Source: Endomicrobiales bacterium
GTDB lineage: Bacteria; Elusimicrobiota; Endomicrobiia; Endomicrobiales; JAFGIL01
NCBI GenBank assembly: GCA_016929635.1
Contig: JAFGIL010000067.1
Span: 6,010-70,009 of the forward strand
Reading direction: 5' to 3'
Length of the DNA stretch: 64,000 nucleotides
Shown: positions 1-9,189 of the stretch, one piece after another
How the letters are laid out: the number at the start of each line of letters is the position of its first letter
How positions within the stretch are numbered: position 1 is the first letter of the stretch
Program-made: the position numbers and the translations under genes
Notes under the pieces: generated by a model
Database searches by the model: none
The model's input: only the letters and a program-made list of their open reading frames with translations
What the model was told of the DNA's origin: nothing

Positions 1-48
1 TCTAATTAAAACCGTCAGGTCAGGAAATGTCCCTGTTTTTTTCATGCC

Positions 49-1086
49 CTATACCTGGCTGGAATATTTGCCTAAAATTATCCCGAAGGTTACTTTTATA
101 ATACAAGCCATCGGGATTGCAATCAGCATGCCTAAAATACCGTATATCTTTGCACCCGCCATTATCGAAAATATCATTGCAACCGGGCCAAGCTTAACTC
201 CCTTGGAAACAATCAGGGGTTTAAGCACGTTATTATCAATAAACTGCACAATAGCAAAAACGATTATTATTCCGATAATCATGGTAATACTCTGGTATTT
301 CAAAAAACCTACAAGAATTGCAGGGATAGCGCCTACAACCGGGCCGGCATACGGAATCATATTCAAAAGGCCTGCTACGATACCTATTATTATTGCGTAA
401 TCAATGTTTAATATCAGAAGGCCTATAATAGTCAGAATACCTACAACCGCAGACTCTGTTATCTGCCCTCTTATGTACTTACCCAGGATTTCGTCCGCTT
501 CGCTTATCAATCCAAGCACGGTTTCAACGTGGCGGCTAGGTATTATGTCAAAAAACCTGTCAACGGTATCCCTGCCGCCAAGAAGCAAAAAGAACGTTAC
601 AAAGGGGATGAGAATAAAAAGAGAAAACAGCGAAAATATCTGCAGTATGTAAGAAGGAATTTCGGATATCTCTTTTTCCAAAAACTGCAGCACCTTCCTT
701 GTGCCTGATTCGACTAATCCTTTTCTCCTGATTATCGGGAACCTGTTTTCAATACGCCTCTGGAAGTCGAATAAAATGTACTGGGTCTTTCTGACGTGAT
801 TCGGCAGGTTTCTTTTCAATCCGGCAGCCTCGTTTGCCACGCGGGGGATTATGGACATTATAACTCCGGCAGAGGTTAAAAGAAATAATGCAAACAGTAT
901 TACAACGGCTATTGTCCTTTTTATCCCGTAGGACTGGAGCCTTGTAATTAACGGCGAAAGAACGTACGCCAGAATCCCCGAGATTACGAATGGAACCAGT
1001 ATATCGCTGACGATATAAAGAAACCATAAGCCTATCATGATAAAAACCAGCAAAAAAACTATTTTTGTGACTTTGACTTCCTGCAT
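49..1086 (-). CDS. AI-2E family (PerM-like) transporter
   Basis: 345 aa multi-TM; family-typical segments 'ILAYVLSPLITRL', 'GKYIRGQ', 'LLNMIPYAGP', 'QFIDNNVLKP', 'GILGMLIAIP'. Confidence 0.9.
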   Translation of the reverse strand: MQEVKVTKIVFLLVFIMIGLWFLYIVSDILVPFVISGILAYVLSPLITRLQSYGIKRTIAVVILFALFLLTSAGVIMSIIPRVANEAAGLKRNLPNHVRKTQYILFDFQRRIENRFPIIRRKGLVESGTRKVLQFLEKEISEIPSYILQIFSLFSLFILIPFVTFFLLLGGRDTVDRFFDIIPSRHVETVLGLISEADEILGKYIRGQITESAVVGILTIIGLLILNIDYAIIIGIVAGLLNMIPYAGPVVGAIPAILVGFLKYQSITMIIGIIIVFAIVQFIDNNVLKPLIVSKGVKLGPVAMIFSIMAGAKIYGILGMLIAIPMACIIKVTFGIILGKYSSQV

Positions 1087-1104
1087 AATATCCCGCCGGG
1101 ACTG

Positions 1105-1602
1105 TTATATTTTTTTCTTCGGGTCAAGGACTTCCGCAAACCCTTCGCTTGTGCTTCTTAAACGCGTGCATAAAATCTTGGAAAGGTTCTTCAGCACTTT
1201 TACCCCGACCGAAGGGTCGCTCTCCAGAAGGCCGTCAAACTTAACTTTATATATCAGTATGAGTTTACAATCAGAGAATGCTATTGCCTTTGCAGAACGC
1301 GGAACTTCCTCAAGCAGCGCCATCTCGCCGAGAAAATCGCCTTCGTTCAAAGTTGCGAGTTTTTTTTCGCCTTTAAGTATTGCAACCTCACCCGATTTTA
1401 CGATATACAGGGCTTTCCCGACCTTCCCTTCCTCGAATATGACCTCATTGATACTGTAATTTCTTTCATAGGATATGCCCAGCACCATGCTCAAAGCTTT
1501 CCTGCTCAAACCCGAAAACAGCGAAACATTTCTTATAAAATTAATTTTTTCCTTGAACTCGTCGTCAATAACCAATTTTTTTAGAAGTGAATTTATACTC
1601 AT
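1105..1602 (-). CDS. Stand-alone cyclic nucleotide-binding (cNMP) domain protein
   Basis: 'IFEEG..G.ALYIVKSGEV', 'GDFLGEMALL...PRSA.A.A' phosphate-binding cassette; no HTH. Confidence 0.9.
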   Translation of the reverse strand: MSINSLLKKLVIDDEFKEKINFIRNVSLFSGLSRKALSMVLGISYERNYSINEVIFEEGKVGKALYIVKSGEVAILKGEKKLATLNEGDFLGEMALLEEVPRSAKAIAFSDCKLILIYKVKFDGLLESDPSVGVKVLKNLSKILCTRLRSTSEGFAEVLDPKKKI

Positions 1603-1650
1603 ATATGCTCCTCTGTATTGGAGAAATAGAATACTCCATTTCTTCTTATT

Positions 1651-1677
1651 TTCCTCTCCCCCTTTGGGGAGAGGGAA
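1651..1677. repeat. GC-rich intergenic hairpin (REP-like or terminator)
   Basis: cctctcccc-cttt-ggggagagg inverted repeat between the ybaB-like and cNMP genes. Confidence 0.5.
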
Positions 1678-1710
1678 TAGTATGAGATATCAATGACTAT
1701 TAAATGCTTT

Positions 1711-2007
1711 TTACATACCCGGAAGCTTCAATCCTCCGGTTAAACTCTTTGCCTCTTCCTTCATCACGTCCTGGGACTGTTTTATGGCTTGCTGGATGAC
1801 CCTAAGCATATCTTTCTCTGTTTTGCTTACATCCTGCTTAGCAACATCCTGTGAAAGCTTCAAATCAAGCACTTCGCTCTTTGCGTTTATTTTTATCCTG
1901 ATACCGTTTTCTTCCACTTCTATAATCTTATCCCTAAGAGTTTTATCGATCTCGCTAAGCTTGCTTTTCATTGCCATCGCGTCTTTCATCATCTTAAACA
2001 TATCCAT
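1711..2007 (-). CDS. YbaB/EbfC family nucleoid-associated protein
   Basis: 98 aa; 'MDMFKMMKDAMAMKSKL' N-terminus and 'LTGGLKLPGM' C-terminus; AGGAG RBS. Confidence 0.85.
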   Translation of the reverse strand: MDMFKMMKDAMAMKSKLSEIDKTLRDKIIEVEENGIRIKINAKSEVLDLKLSQDVAKQDVSKTEKDMLRVIQQAIKQSQDVMKEEAKSLTGGLKLPGM

Positions 2008-2023
2008 ATTTTATCTCCTTTAT

Positions 2024-2063
2024 ACACAGATGATCGCAGATTCAAAGCAGATGATCGCAGATA
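2024..2063 (+). repeat. CAGAT-based repeat, left arm flanking GxxExxY gene
   Basis: ACACAGATGATCGCAGAT (2024-2041) and GCAGATGATCGCAGATA (2047-2063). Confidence 0.85.
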
Positions 2064-2068
2064 CTTAT

Positions 2069-2518
2069 CTATTTATTACCTGTATATATCAATCTTTTTA
2101 CACCCAGTTTATCTGCTCCGAAATTTATAAGCAAAACCAATTGATATTTGGTTCCCTTAACATAATAATAAACCTGATCTTGCATAGCTTTTGTCATAGT
2201 CGGAGCTACTTTAATTTCAAGAATAACCTTATCTTCAATAAGAAAGTCCGGCCTATAGGAGCCAATCTTTTTGCCTTTGTAAATCACATCTATGGATTTT
2301 TCTTCATCAAATGTAATATTACTATTCTGAAATTCCATAGCTAAAGCTTTATGATAGATAACTTCTTTATGTAATGAACCTAATTCTTTATGCACTTCAT
2401 AAGCACAGCCTATTATCTTATATGTTAAATCCTTATAGATATAATCCTCGCCCGTATCTTCTGCTATAATCTGTATCTGTTTATCTGCGATCATCTGCGT
2501 CTTTTCATCTGTGGCCAT
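2069..2518 (-). CDS. GxxExxY family PD-(D/E)XK-like nuclease
   Basis: 'TYKIIGCAYEVHKELGSLHKEVIYHKAL', 'YRPDFLIEDKVILEIK', 'LLINFG'; first ~20 aa are encoded by the flanking repeat. Confidence 0.9.
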   Translation of the reverse strand: MATDEKTQMIADKQIQIIAEDTGEDYIYKDLTYKIIGCAYEVHKELGSLHKEVIYHKALAMEFQNSNITFDEEKSIDVIYKGKKIGSYRPDFLIEDKVILEIKVAPTMTKAMQDQVYYYVKGTKYQLVLLINFGADKLGVKRLIYTGNK

Positions 2519-2524
2519 CTGCGT
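2469..2524 (-). repeat. CAGAT-based repeat, right arm (inverted relative to 2024-2063)
   Basis: tatctgcgatcatctgc (2482-2498) is the exact reverse complement of 2047-2063; six atctg units between 2469 and 2521. Confidence 0.85.
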
Positions 2525-2525
2525 T

Positions 2526-4937
2526 TCACTTCCTCAATTTCATAACAAAGAGCTTGCCATGCACTATGTTTCTCAGTTTTCCGTTTATCTCAAACAGCAT
2601 AGAATCTGCTATAGTTCCATGGATAAAGATGCTTATCTTTTCCCTGGTTACCTCCATGGAAATCCACTTGCCCCTGTGCTGGAATTTCAGCTTCAGGCTG
2701 TTCCAGAATTTCGGCAGATTGGGGTCAATCTGTATCCTGTCATTGACTATTCTTATTCCGGCAAATCCCCTCATCACAATGTCAATGGAACCGCCCATTA
2801 CACCGCAATGGATCCCCTCGGGAGTAGTGCCTCCCTGGGTATCATGTATATCTGACTTCAACACTTCCCTGAACCAATGCCAGGCACCCTGTTTTTTGCC
2901 CAGATAGTATGCAATAAAACAATGCACTACCTTGCTTAGAGTGGAACCATGGCTGGTCCTTCTTAAATAATAATCGTAGTTTTTCCTTGGCATGTTCTTT
3001 GTCAGCTTATACCCAAGCCTTGTAAATATATCTCCAATTTCGGGAAGAGAAAAGAGATAAAAAATCATTAAAACATCAGCCTGTTTTGAAAGCTTATAAG
3101 AATCCGGAGAACGGCCCTCTGCTTTTAATATTCTGTCCAGCCGCTCTATTTTTCCGTATTCAGACCTGTATCCTTCCCAATCCAGCTCTTTGAGTTTCAT
3201 ATACCCCTTGAACTGGCTTATAACCCCTTCATCGTTTATTATCAGATTCATCTTTCTGGTTATCCGGTCCCATTTAATGAGCTCATCGGGAACAAGCTTT
3301 ATTTTCTTTACGATGCGCCTTTTGTGCTTTTCAGAAAGCATCTTTAAAATGTCCTGCGCCCTTAGAAGAATCCAGGTAACCATAAAGTTCGTGTATGCGT
3401 TGTCCTCCACCCCGGCTTCCTTGGAGTTCGGGTATTTCTCGTGAAACTCATCCGGCCCCATCACGCCTTTTATATGATACCTGTTGTCCTTGGAGTTGTA
3501 TTTCGCAAGGCTGGCACAGAACTGAGCAATGGAAAGTAAGACTTCCGCGCCGTATTTTTTAAGGAACTCGAAATCGTTAGTCCTTTCCCAGTGTTTCCAT
3601 ACGTTATGTGCAATCGCAAAATTTATATGCCTCTGGGCTGAGCTGTAATCCGGCCCCCATTTCCCGGACATGGGATTTAAATGGACTACCTGGGTCTCTT
3701 CCCTGCCGCTGGAACCGCTCTGCCACGGGAACATCGCGCCTTTATAACCGAACTTCTTTGCGTATTCCCTTGCTTTGCCAAGACGCCTGTACCTGTATAA
3801 AATAACTGACCTTGAAATATCCGGATTATGAAAATCATAAAAAGCCATGGTGTACATCTCGTCCCAGAAAATATGCCCGCGGTATGCTTCCCCGTGAAGC
3901 CCCCTTGCCGGTATGCCCGCATCAATATCCTTGTTGTGATGCGTTGCAACCTGAAGCAGATGAAACATATGCAGCCTTAAAACTTTCTGGGCAAAATTAT
4001 CGCCCTCAATTATAATATCGAACTTCTTCCATCTCTCTTCCCAGACCTGCTGGTGCGTTTTTAAAAGCTCGCTGAACCTGGGCAGGTTTTTTGCCATTTT
4101 AATCGATTCTTTTTTCGGGTATCTTACGGAAAAATCCTGAGAGGTAAATATCGCCACGGTCTTTTCTATCTCGTAAGGCCTCCCGCATTTCGCATAAATT
4201 TTAAACTCCTGCCCGTTTCTTTCTTTATCCTTAACCAGGTGTTTTATTGTCGGTTTGATTTCCTTTTTATTGGAAAAAATCCTTATCTTCGAGGCTTCGC
4301 AGGCTTCGATTTTGGACTGGCTTGTTTTCATGCATAAAAAAATGCCGTTTTTGGCAAAAGTCCCGCCGGAAGAATACACCCAATGCCTGTTATTCAGCTG
4401 CCTGTACCTCTCCACCCCTGTATTTAAAACCGACCCGTTGATCATTGTTCTAACAGTAATCCAATCATCGTAATTTTCAGGCTTGACTACATACCTCATT
4501 GCACCTACGTGAGGATTCTGGATATGTACTATACGCTCCGTGATGACCTGGGTAATCTGGCCTCTTGAATTCTGGAAACGCAGGGCTCTCCTCAACATGC
4601 CTTTTTTCATATTAAGCTCCTGCTTATATGAAAGCAGTTTTGAAGTGGCAGGATAGAACCACTCGCTGTCTCCTATTTTGAAAGTAAGGCACAGCCAGTT
4701 TGGACAATTTACCAGGTCCTCATTGACTATATTTCTTCCCGCAATGTGGGTTGTAAGCCTGTTGTATAAACCGGCAATATAAGTACCCGGATAATGTATC
4801 TTTGTGGCGCCCGACTCCGGAGCAGCGCCCCGCGTGCCAAAATAGCCGTTCCCCAGGGTACAAAGCGCTTCCCTCAACCCCTCTTCCGTAGGCTCAAAAT
4901 TATCATACGAAATTGACCATAAATTAGTGTCTTTCAT
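2526..4937 (-). CDS. Glycoside hydrolase family 65 (disaccharide phosphorylase-like)
   Basis: 'LGNGYFGTRG', 'GEAYRGHIFWDE', 'GPDEFHE', 'KQADVLM', 'HGSTLS'. Confidence 0.95.
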   Translation of the reverse strand: MKDTNLWSISYDNFEPTEEGLREALCTLGNGYFGTRGAAPESGATKIHYPGTYIAGLYNRLTTHIAGRNIVNEDLVNCPNWLCLTFKIGDSEWFYPATSKLLSYKQELNMKKGMLRRALRFQNSRGQITQVITERIVHIQNPHVGAMRYVVKPENYDDWITVRTMINGSVLNTGVERYRQLNNRHWVYSSGGTFAKNGIFLCMKTSQSKIEACEASKIRIFSNKKEIKPTIKHLVKDKERNGQEFKIYAKCGRPYEIEKTVAIFTSQDFSVRYPKKESIKMAKNLPRFSELLKTHQQVWEERWKKFDIIIEGDNFAQKVLRLHMFHLLQVATHHNKDIDAGIPARGLHGEAYRGHIFWDEMYTMAFYDFHNPDISRSVILYRYRRLGKAREYAKKFGYKGAMFPWQSGSSGREETQVVHLNPMSGKWGPDYSSAQRHINFAIAHNVWKHWERTNDFEFLKKYGAEVLLSIAQFCASLAKYNSKDNRYHIKGVMGPDEFHEKYPNSKEAGVEDNAYTNFMVTWILLRAQDILKMLSEKHKRRIVKKIKLVPDELIKWDRITRKMNLIINDEGVISQFKGYMKLKELDWEGYRSEYGKIERLDRILKAEGRSPDSYKLSKQADVLMIFYLFSLPEIGDIFTRLGYKLTKNMPRKNYDYYLRRTSHGSTLSKVVHCFIAYYLGKKQGAWHWFREVLKSDIHDTQGGTTPEGIHCGVMGGSIDIVMRGFAGIRIVNDRIQIDPNLPKFWNSLKLKFQHRGKWISMEVTREKISIFIHGTIADSMLFEINGKLRNIVHGKLFVMKLRK

Positions 4938-4957
4938 TAATTATCCTTTCTATCAAA

Positions 4958-4970
4958 CGCGCTCAAGAGG
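4958..4970 (-). repeat. 13-bp duplicate of the tRNA-Arg 3' end (att-like scar)
   Basis: cgcgctcaagagg identical to 5121-5133. Confidence 0.7.
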
Positions 4971-5120
4971 TCGCTTTTCTGCCTCGCCGGCAAGACGGTC
5001 GCTAAAGTCGCCGACGCTTCATAGCTTTGGCGACGAAGTGCTTCTGCGGACAGATGATGCCTTACTTCGATTTTAAAAGCTTCCTTCAATTCTGCCATCC
5101 GTAACTTTAGTGAAGGAAAG

Positions 5121-5194
5121 CGCGCTCAAGAGGATTCGAACCTCTAACCTTTTGATTCGTAGTCAAACGCTCTATCCAGTTGAGCTATGAGCGC
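5121..5194 (-). tRNA. tRNA-Arg(ACG), intact, CCA not encoded
   Basis: GCGCTCA acceptor pairs with TGAGCGC; D-arm GCTC/GAGC; anticodon arm TTTGA-CT ACG AA-TCAAA; T-arm AGAGG-TTCGAAT-CCTCT. Confidence 0.97.
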
Positions 5195-5204
5195 ATTTTT
5201 GCTG
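5131..5204. repeat. att direct repeat, left copy
   Basis: aggattcgaa...gcgcatttttgctg, 74 bp, identical to 28088-28161. Confidence 0.95.
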
Positions 5205-5236
5205 TTCCTATTGATTTTTATAACACTTTTTTAATT

Positions 5237-6301
5237 TCAGAAACTACCCTTGATCTCCGCTTTTTCAAAAGTTTGTCCAAAGTTTGTCTGTCCCCTGTCA
5301 AAGTCATCAAATTTTGAGAGTTTATTCAAATGCTCGATTTCTTCCTTTTTGAAGTTCGGAGATAGGTGTGCATAGTAGTTTTCTGTTACCTTTACGCTAC
5401 TATGTCCAAGCCATTTGCAAACCTGATAAATGCTCACTCCTGCCATTGTTAAGTAACTTGCAAAGGTATGCCTTAGCAGATGAAACGTGAAATGCTTAAT
5501 ACCTAACCTGTTACAAAACTTTTCAAACCTGTGTGATATATAATCAGGGCTTAATTTGCCAAAGACATGATCCTCTTCGTTTATCCCCTTGCTGTACACC
5601 CCTATTAAATAATCATGGAGGGTGTTATTTATTGGAACATGCCTTTCCTTGCCTGATTTAGAACGCTTAATAAATATATTCCTTACGGGCAAAGACACAT
5701 CTTTCCATTTCAAATTACATATCTCGCTTCGCCTCATTCCTGTATGCAAAGCACAAAGATAATAGGGATATATAATATCACCTTTCAGGTTTTCCTCAAG
5801 AAGCCTTACTTCTTCCTGAGACAAGTATCTGATATGCGCATTAGGCTCTCTTTTAAGTTTAACCCCGTTTGCTGGATTAAATCCCCTAAATCTGTCCCAG
5901 AAAATCATTTTATTGAATATAGCCTTTACTAGAGCATGATTCCTGTCAATACTTGAGGATTTCAACCCCTTTTGTTTAAGCTCATTACGCATATTTTGAA
6001 TATCCAGAGCAGTGAAATCAACCAATTTTTTATCTCCGAAAAGAGTATTTAGATATTCAATTTCAGATAAATCAGATTTCCAAGAACGCTTATTCGGCTT
6101 GGAATGTTTCTCAAAGAACAATTGAGAGGCTTGCCTAAAAGTAATCTGCTCATTTTTAAAGGAATTAGCGTTGAATTCTAACCTTTTTTGAGCTTCCGCT
6201 TTTATTGCCTGCTCTTTGGACTTAAAACGCTTCCTTAAACGTTTTCCGAAATGCCAAAAATCATACGTCCAAGTCTTATTTGAGGTGCGAAGAATGGTCA
6301 T
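5237..6301 (-). CDS. Tyrosine recombinase / phage-type integrase
   Basis: Catalytic set intact: 'TGMRRSEI' (R), 'SKSGK' (K), 'HLLRH' (HxxR), 'LGHSS' (H), 'YYAH' (Y); short N-terminal arm-binding-like domain. Confidence 0.97.
   Translation of the reverse strand: MTILRTSNKTWTYDFWHFGKRLRKRFKSKEQAIKAEAQKRLEFNANSFKNEQITFRQASQLFFEKHSKPNKRSWKSDLSEIEYLNTLFGDKKLVDFTALDIQNMRNELKQKGLKSSSIDRNHALVKAIFNKMIFWDRFRGFNPANGVKLKREPNAHIRYLSQEEVRLLEENLKGDIIYPYYLCALHTGMRRSEICNLKWKDVSLPVRNIFIKRSKSGKERHVPINNTLHDYLIGVYSKGINEEDHVFGKLSPDYISHRFEKFCNRLGIKHFTFHLLRHTFASYLTMAGVSIYQVCKWLGHSSVKVTENYYAHLSPNFKKEEIEHLNKLSKFDDFDRGQTNFGQTFEKAEIKGSF
5267..5289 (+). promoter_or_regulatory. Putative integrase arm-type binding sites (left)
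   Basis: aaaagtttgtccaaagtttgtct: tandem AAAGTTTGTC, matching 27921-27943 at 22/23 nt; lies inside the int 3' end. Confidence 0.7.
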
Positions 6302-6531
6302 ATTTTATGCTCCTCGCCCTCTGCTGATTTTGCATTATAGCATTTTTTCATATCAAATGGAATATGTTCTCTGCTTTCAAGCCAAATTTCAATGTGTTCT
6401 TTATTAAATCTGACCAAATTCCCGACCTTAATGTACGGAATGCGACCTCTATATACCCAATCTCTTAAAGTATTCTTTTTAACGCTCAAGTATTCACATA
6501 ATTGGTTAATGTTTAAAAGTTTTTGTTCCAT
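6298..6531 (-). CDS. Excisionase-like HTH (HTH_17/MerR-type) protein
   Basis: 'LLNINQLCEYLSVKKNTLRDWVYRGRIPYIKVGNLVRFNKEHIEIWL'; ATGA overlap with int. Confidence 0.9.
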   Translation of the reverse strand: MEQKLLNINQLCEYLSVKKNTLRDWVYRGRIPYIKVGNLVRFNKEHIEIWLESREHIPFDMKKCYNAKSAEGEEHKI

Positions 6532-6993
6532 ATCTGGTTATTACATCCTGTTATTTTCCTGTTTTACCGGATTTAGATTTTATAGTTATTCATTGTTTTA
6601 TAATGCATAAGCCTCTGTTCATTTATTGGGGTAATTTTTCCAAAAAAACATGTGATTTTGGACTTTTATTACCCTGCCTTAAATGTTAACTAGACTTTCA
6701 AATAAACTGATTCTTAATACAATCAAAAATGCAGGCAATCGCAAATACTTTTCTTGCTTTTTTTCCAAATTTATTTTAATCTAACTTTTTCATTGTAATT
6801 TTCGTGTTTTTTTAAAGTTTTTTGTGCATTATGCGTATTTACGTGTTTAAACTTAACTCTTCCTGGCATTTATTCCCCTTAAAAAGTATGCGAATGTCAG
6901 CAAAAAGCCTACAAATATCTAATATTCATACAAGTATGGTTTTTTTACAAAATAAGCCTTTGTTTTTTCTCAAATAAGACTTATTGTCCCCTG

Positions 6994-7233
6994 CTATTTA
7001 GGCACCCTGTTCGTTGAAATTTGAGCCTTAACACCCTCATTGTCGGGGGTATTCATACCCCTTGAATCTTTCATCTCAACCTTCTTTTCAACTCTACCCA
7101 GCCTGTAAGGGTATAAAGAGCAATTTAAATCCTTGCAAAACCTTACTGCCTCACTGCTACCACAAACACAATCAAGGCATTGCTTTCTAATGGCTCTCCA
7201 TAACTCTTTTTTTGTTACTTTTACTTTTGGCAT
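6994..7233 (-). CDS. Small Cys-rich phage/island-type protein (possible Zn-binding)
   Basis: 'AIRKQCLDCVCGS..AVRFC...NCSLYPYRLG' pattern typical of small mobile-element proteins. Confidence 0.65.
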   Translation of the reverse strand: MPKVKVTKKELWRAIRKQCLDCVCGSSEAVRFCKDLNCSLYPYRLGRVEKKVEMKDSRGMNTPDNEGVKAQISTNRVPK

Positions 7234-7309
7234 TTTAAACCTCTTTTTTTATGGACGCTCGAAACTCCCTTCAATTTGTCCCTTTTTTAAATGTCGCGAA
7301 ACTCTTATT

Positions 7310-7348
7310 TTGTTACACAATATTGTGATACATATTTGTTACACATTT
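7310..7348. repeat. Three tandem 13-mers (candidate iterons)
   Basis: ttgttacacaata / ttgtgatacatat / ttgttacacattt starting at 7310, 7323, 7336. Confidence 0.6.
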
Positions 7349-8039
7349 AGGTTATTATGGGTCTCTCTGGGTGCTTCCACTGTAGGAATCTGTATCCATT
7401 TGCCTTTCTCATGCCGAAAGTCCCAGATTGCCCTTTTTCTACTATTTCAATAATCCCTTCATCTACTAATAAAAGAACTAGACGCCGAATTTCCGCAGCT
7501 TCCGATATACACTGATAGCTGTCCCTTAGCATAGAACCTATCTCCCTAAATCCTATATAAATAATCTCCCCTGCATTCTTGTCAAATTGGGCTTTTCTCA
7601 GTGATTGCACAATATAGAACATTGCTTTACCTTTGGACTGAAAACGTATTACTAAAAACTTCTCTAGTTCCTGCAAATCAAACGGCAAAACAGAAATTTG
7701 TTTACTGTTTTTATTAGCTCTTTTAATATAGAAAATACATTTATCCTTACCTATACAAAAATCGTTCAATGCATTACACCCCATCTTGCTGTCTTTTTTT
7801 TCAAACCAATCCACATATTTAAGCAATTGGCTTCTTTGCTCACTAGGATTTAATGGCTTCTCACATCTTTTGTTCCATTCAAGCAATTCATCTTTAATTT
7901 GTGATGGACTTAATCCCAGCCTTTTTAACTCAGCAATTAAACCATGCCTCATTTTTTGGAATTCATAGCCTCGTTCACACCCATTTTCATAAGCATTTTT
8001 AACACAATCACGCATATTGTTAAATATCTTCATTTCCAT
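7347..8039 (-). CDS. Putative replication protein (PriCT-1-like domain, Cys cluster, C-terminal winged helix)
   Basis: 'LKRLGLSPSQIKDELLEWNKRCEKPLNPSE' resembles a primase C-terminal domain; 'GC......FC..KDKC'; 'LVDEGIIEIVEKG....RKANGYRF' wing. Confidence 0.6.
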   Translation of the reverse strand: MEMKIFNNMRDCVKNAYENGCERGYEFQKMRHGLIAELKRLGLSPSQIKDELLEWNKRCEKPLNPSEQRSQLLKYVDWFEKKDSKMGCNALNDFCIGKDKCIFYIKRANKNSKQISVLPFDLQELEKFLVIRFQSKGKAMFYIVQSLRKAQFDKNAGEIIYIGFREIGSMLRDSYQCISEAAEIRRLVLLLVDEGIIEIVEKGQSGTFGMRKANGYRFLQWKHPERPIIT

Positions 8040-8163
8040 TTTAATATTCCTAAATAATTAAGAGTTATAAAGCAAACTCCTTAAATCCTTATTCATTTTC
8101 ATTACTCCGTTTTTTACATTATCAAATTGCTCTCATATATTAATAGCGAAAATTCAGCAAAAC

Positions 8164-8194
8164 AAAAAAAGCATACCGAAATTTCGGCATGCTT
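8164..8194 (-). terminator. Rho-independent terminator
   Basis: minus strand AAGCATGCCGAAATTTCGGTATGCTT followed by a T run, downstream of 8264..8968. Confidence 0.75.
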
Positions 8195-8263
8195 ATATAT
8201 TAATTGATTCAAATTTATATTTTATACTATACTAAAGCAATGATGAAATATCACCAACACTAA

Positions 8264-8968
8264 TTATATCAATGCTCCTTTGTAGGTTATATTAAACTTT
8301 GCCTTATATGATTTATTCTTTTTATATGAATAAAATGGGTCATCTTTTAAACCCATTACTAATTTAAGCCTTTTCCGTAATTCTTGGAATCTCTTTTGTG
8401 AATTTTCTCTTCCAGTATCCATTTTGAAAGAAAACTCCCCATTATTCTTAGCTAGACCTAGTAATGTTTCCCATTGAAAATCTGGCAAATCTTTTCTTTT
8501 ATCCTTAAAACCAATTTGAGAATAATGATACTTTTTTTTCATTTCTTTTACTCTAATTTTTAGATTTTCTTCATCAATGAATGATATACATACTTCATTC
8601 CAATCTATTCCATCTGGAGTAGGGAACCTAGAAATAGGTTTTTCTTCTATTAAACATTTTATTTCTTTAAAGTATTTATTAAAATCTTTTCCAATGTCAA
8701 CTATCTCGTCAACTACCTCGTCAGGATTACCGCCCTCTTTAACCAAATTTTCAGTTATCTGGATATTATCTATCACGCTTCTACCTGATTCCATTCCTTC
8801 AATAGAAATACCATTTATTATGCTCCTAATTTCTTTACTGCTTAATCCCTCCTTATTTAAGCTCCTTGCGATAAGTTCAAAACTTATATATCTTTGGTCG
8901 TGTCTACGCATTTCATAAGCTTGTTTAATAGCTTTTAATATTATATGTTCTTTCTCAAGATAGTCCAT
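8264..8968 (-). CDS. Hypothetical island protein, possible DNA-binding regulator
   Basis: 234 aa; C-terminal 'FPTP..IDW.EV.ISF...QWETLLGLA...KRFQELRKRLKLVMGL.DDPF' helical, wHTH-like region. Confidence 0.55.
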   Translation of the reverse strand: MDYLEKEHIILKAIKQAYEMRRHDQRYISFELIARSLNKEGLSSKEIRSIINGISIEGMESGRSVIDNIQITENLVKEGGNPDEVVDEIVDIGKDFNKYFKEIKCLIEEKPISRFPTPDGIDWNEVCISFIDEENLKIRVKEMKKKYHYSQIGFKDKRKDLPDFQWETLLGLAKNNGEFSFKMDTGRENSQKRFQELRKRLKLVMGLKDDPFYSYKKNKSYKAKFNITYKGALI

Positions 8969-9005
8969 AAAATAATTCTTTATTTCTGTTTGTCCACTTT
9001 TATCT

Positions 9006-9093
9006 AGTTAAACGTCAATTTATGCCCCCCTTGGGATTTTTGTTTCAAAATCAGGCCAGAGCCAAAGAATGCTTCTTGTCTCTCAAGTTCAGA
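9006..9093. repeat. Degenerate direct repeat, copy A
   Basis: 9025-9093 aligns without gaps to 13598-13666 (53/69 identical by hand); similarity extends left to agttaaac. Confidence 0.8.
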
Positions 9094-9189
9094 AATGATG
9101 ATAAATAGGGACAGCGACTATTTATTCATTCTCTTTTTACATAATATAGAATATGACTCAATCTTTAACTGCTAATTTATCTTTATTAA

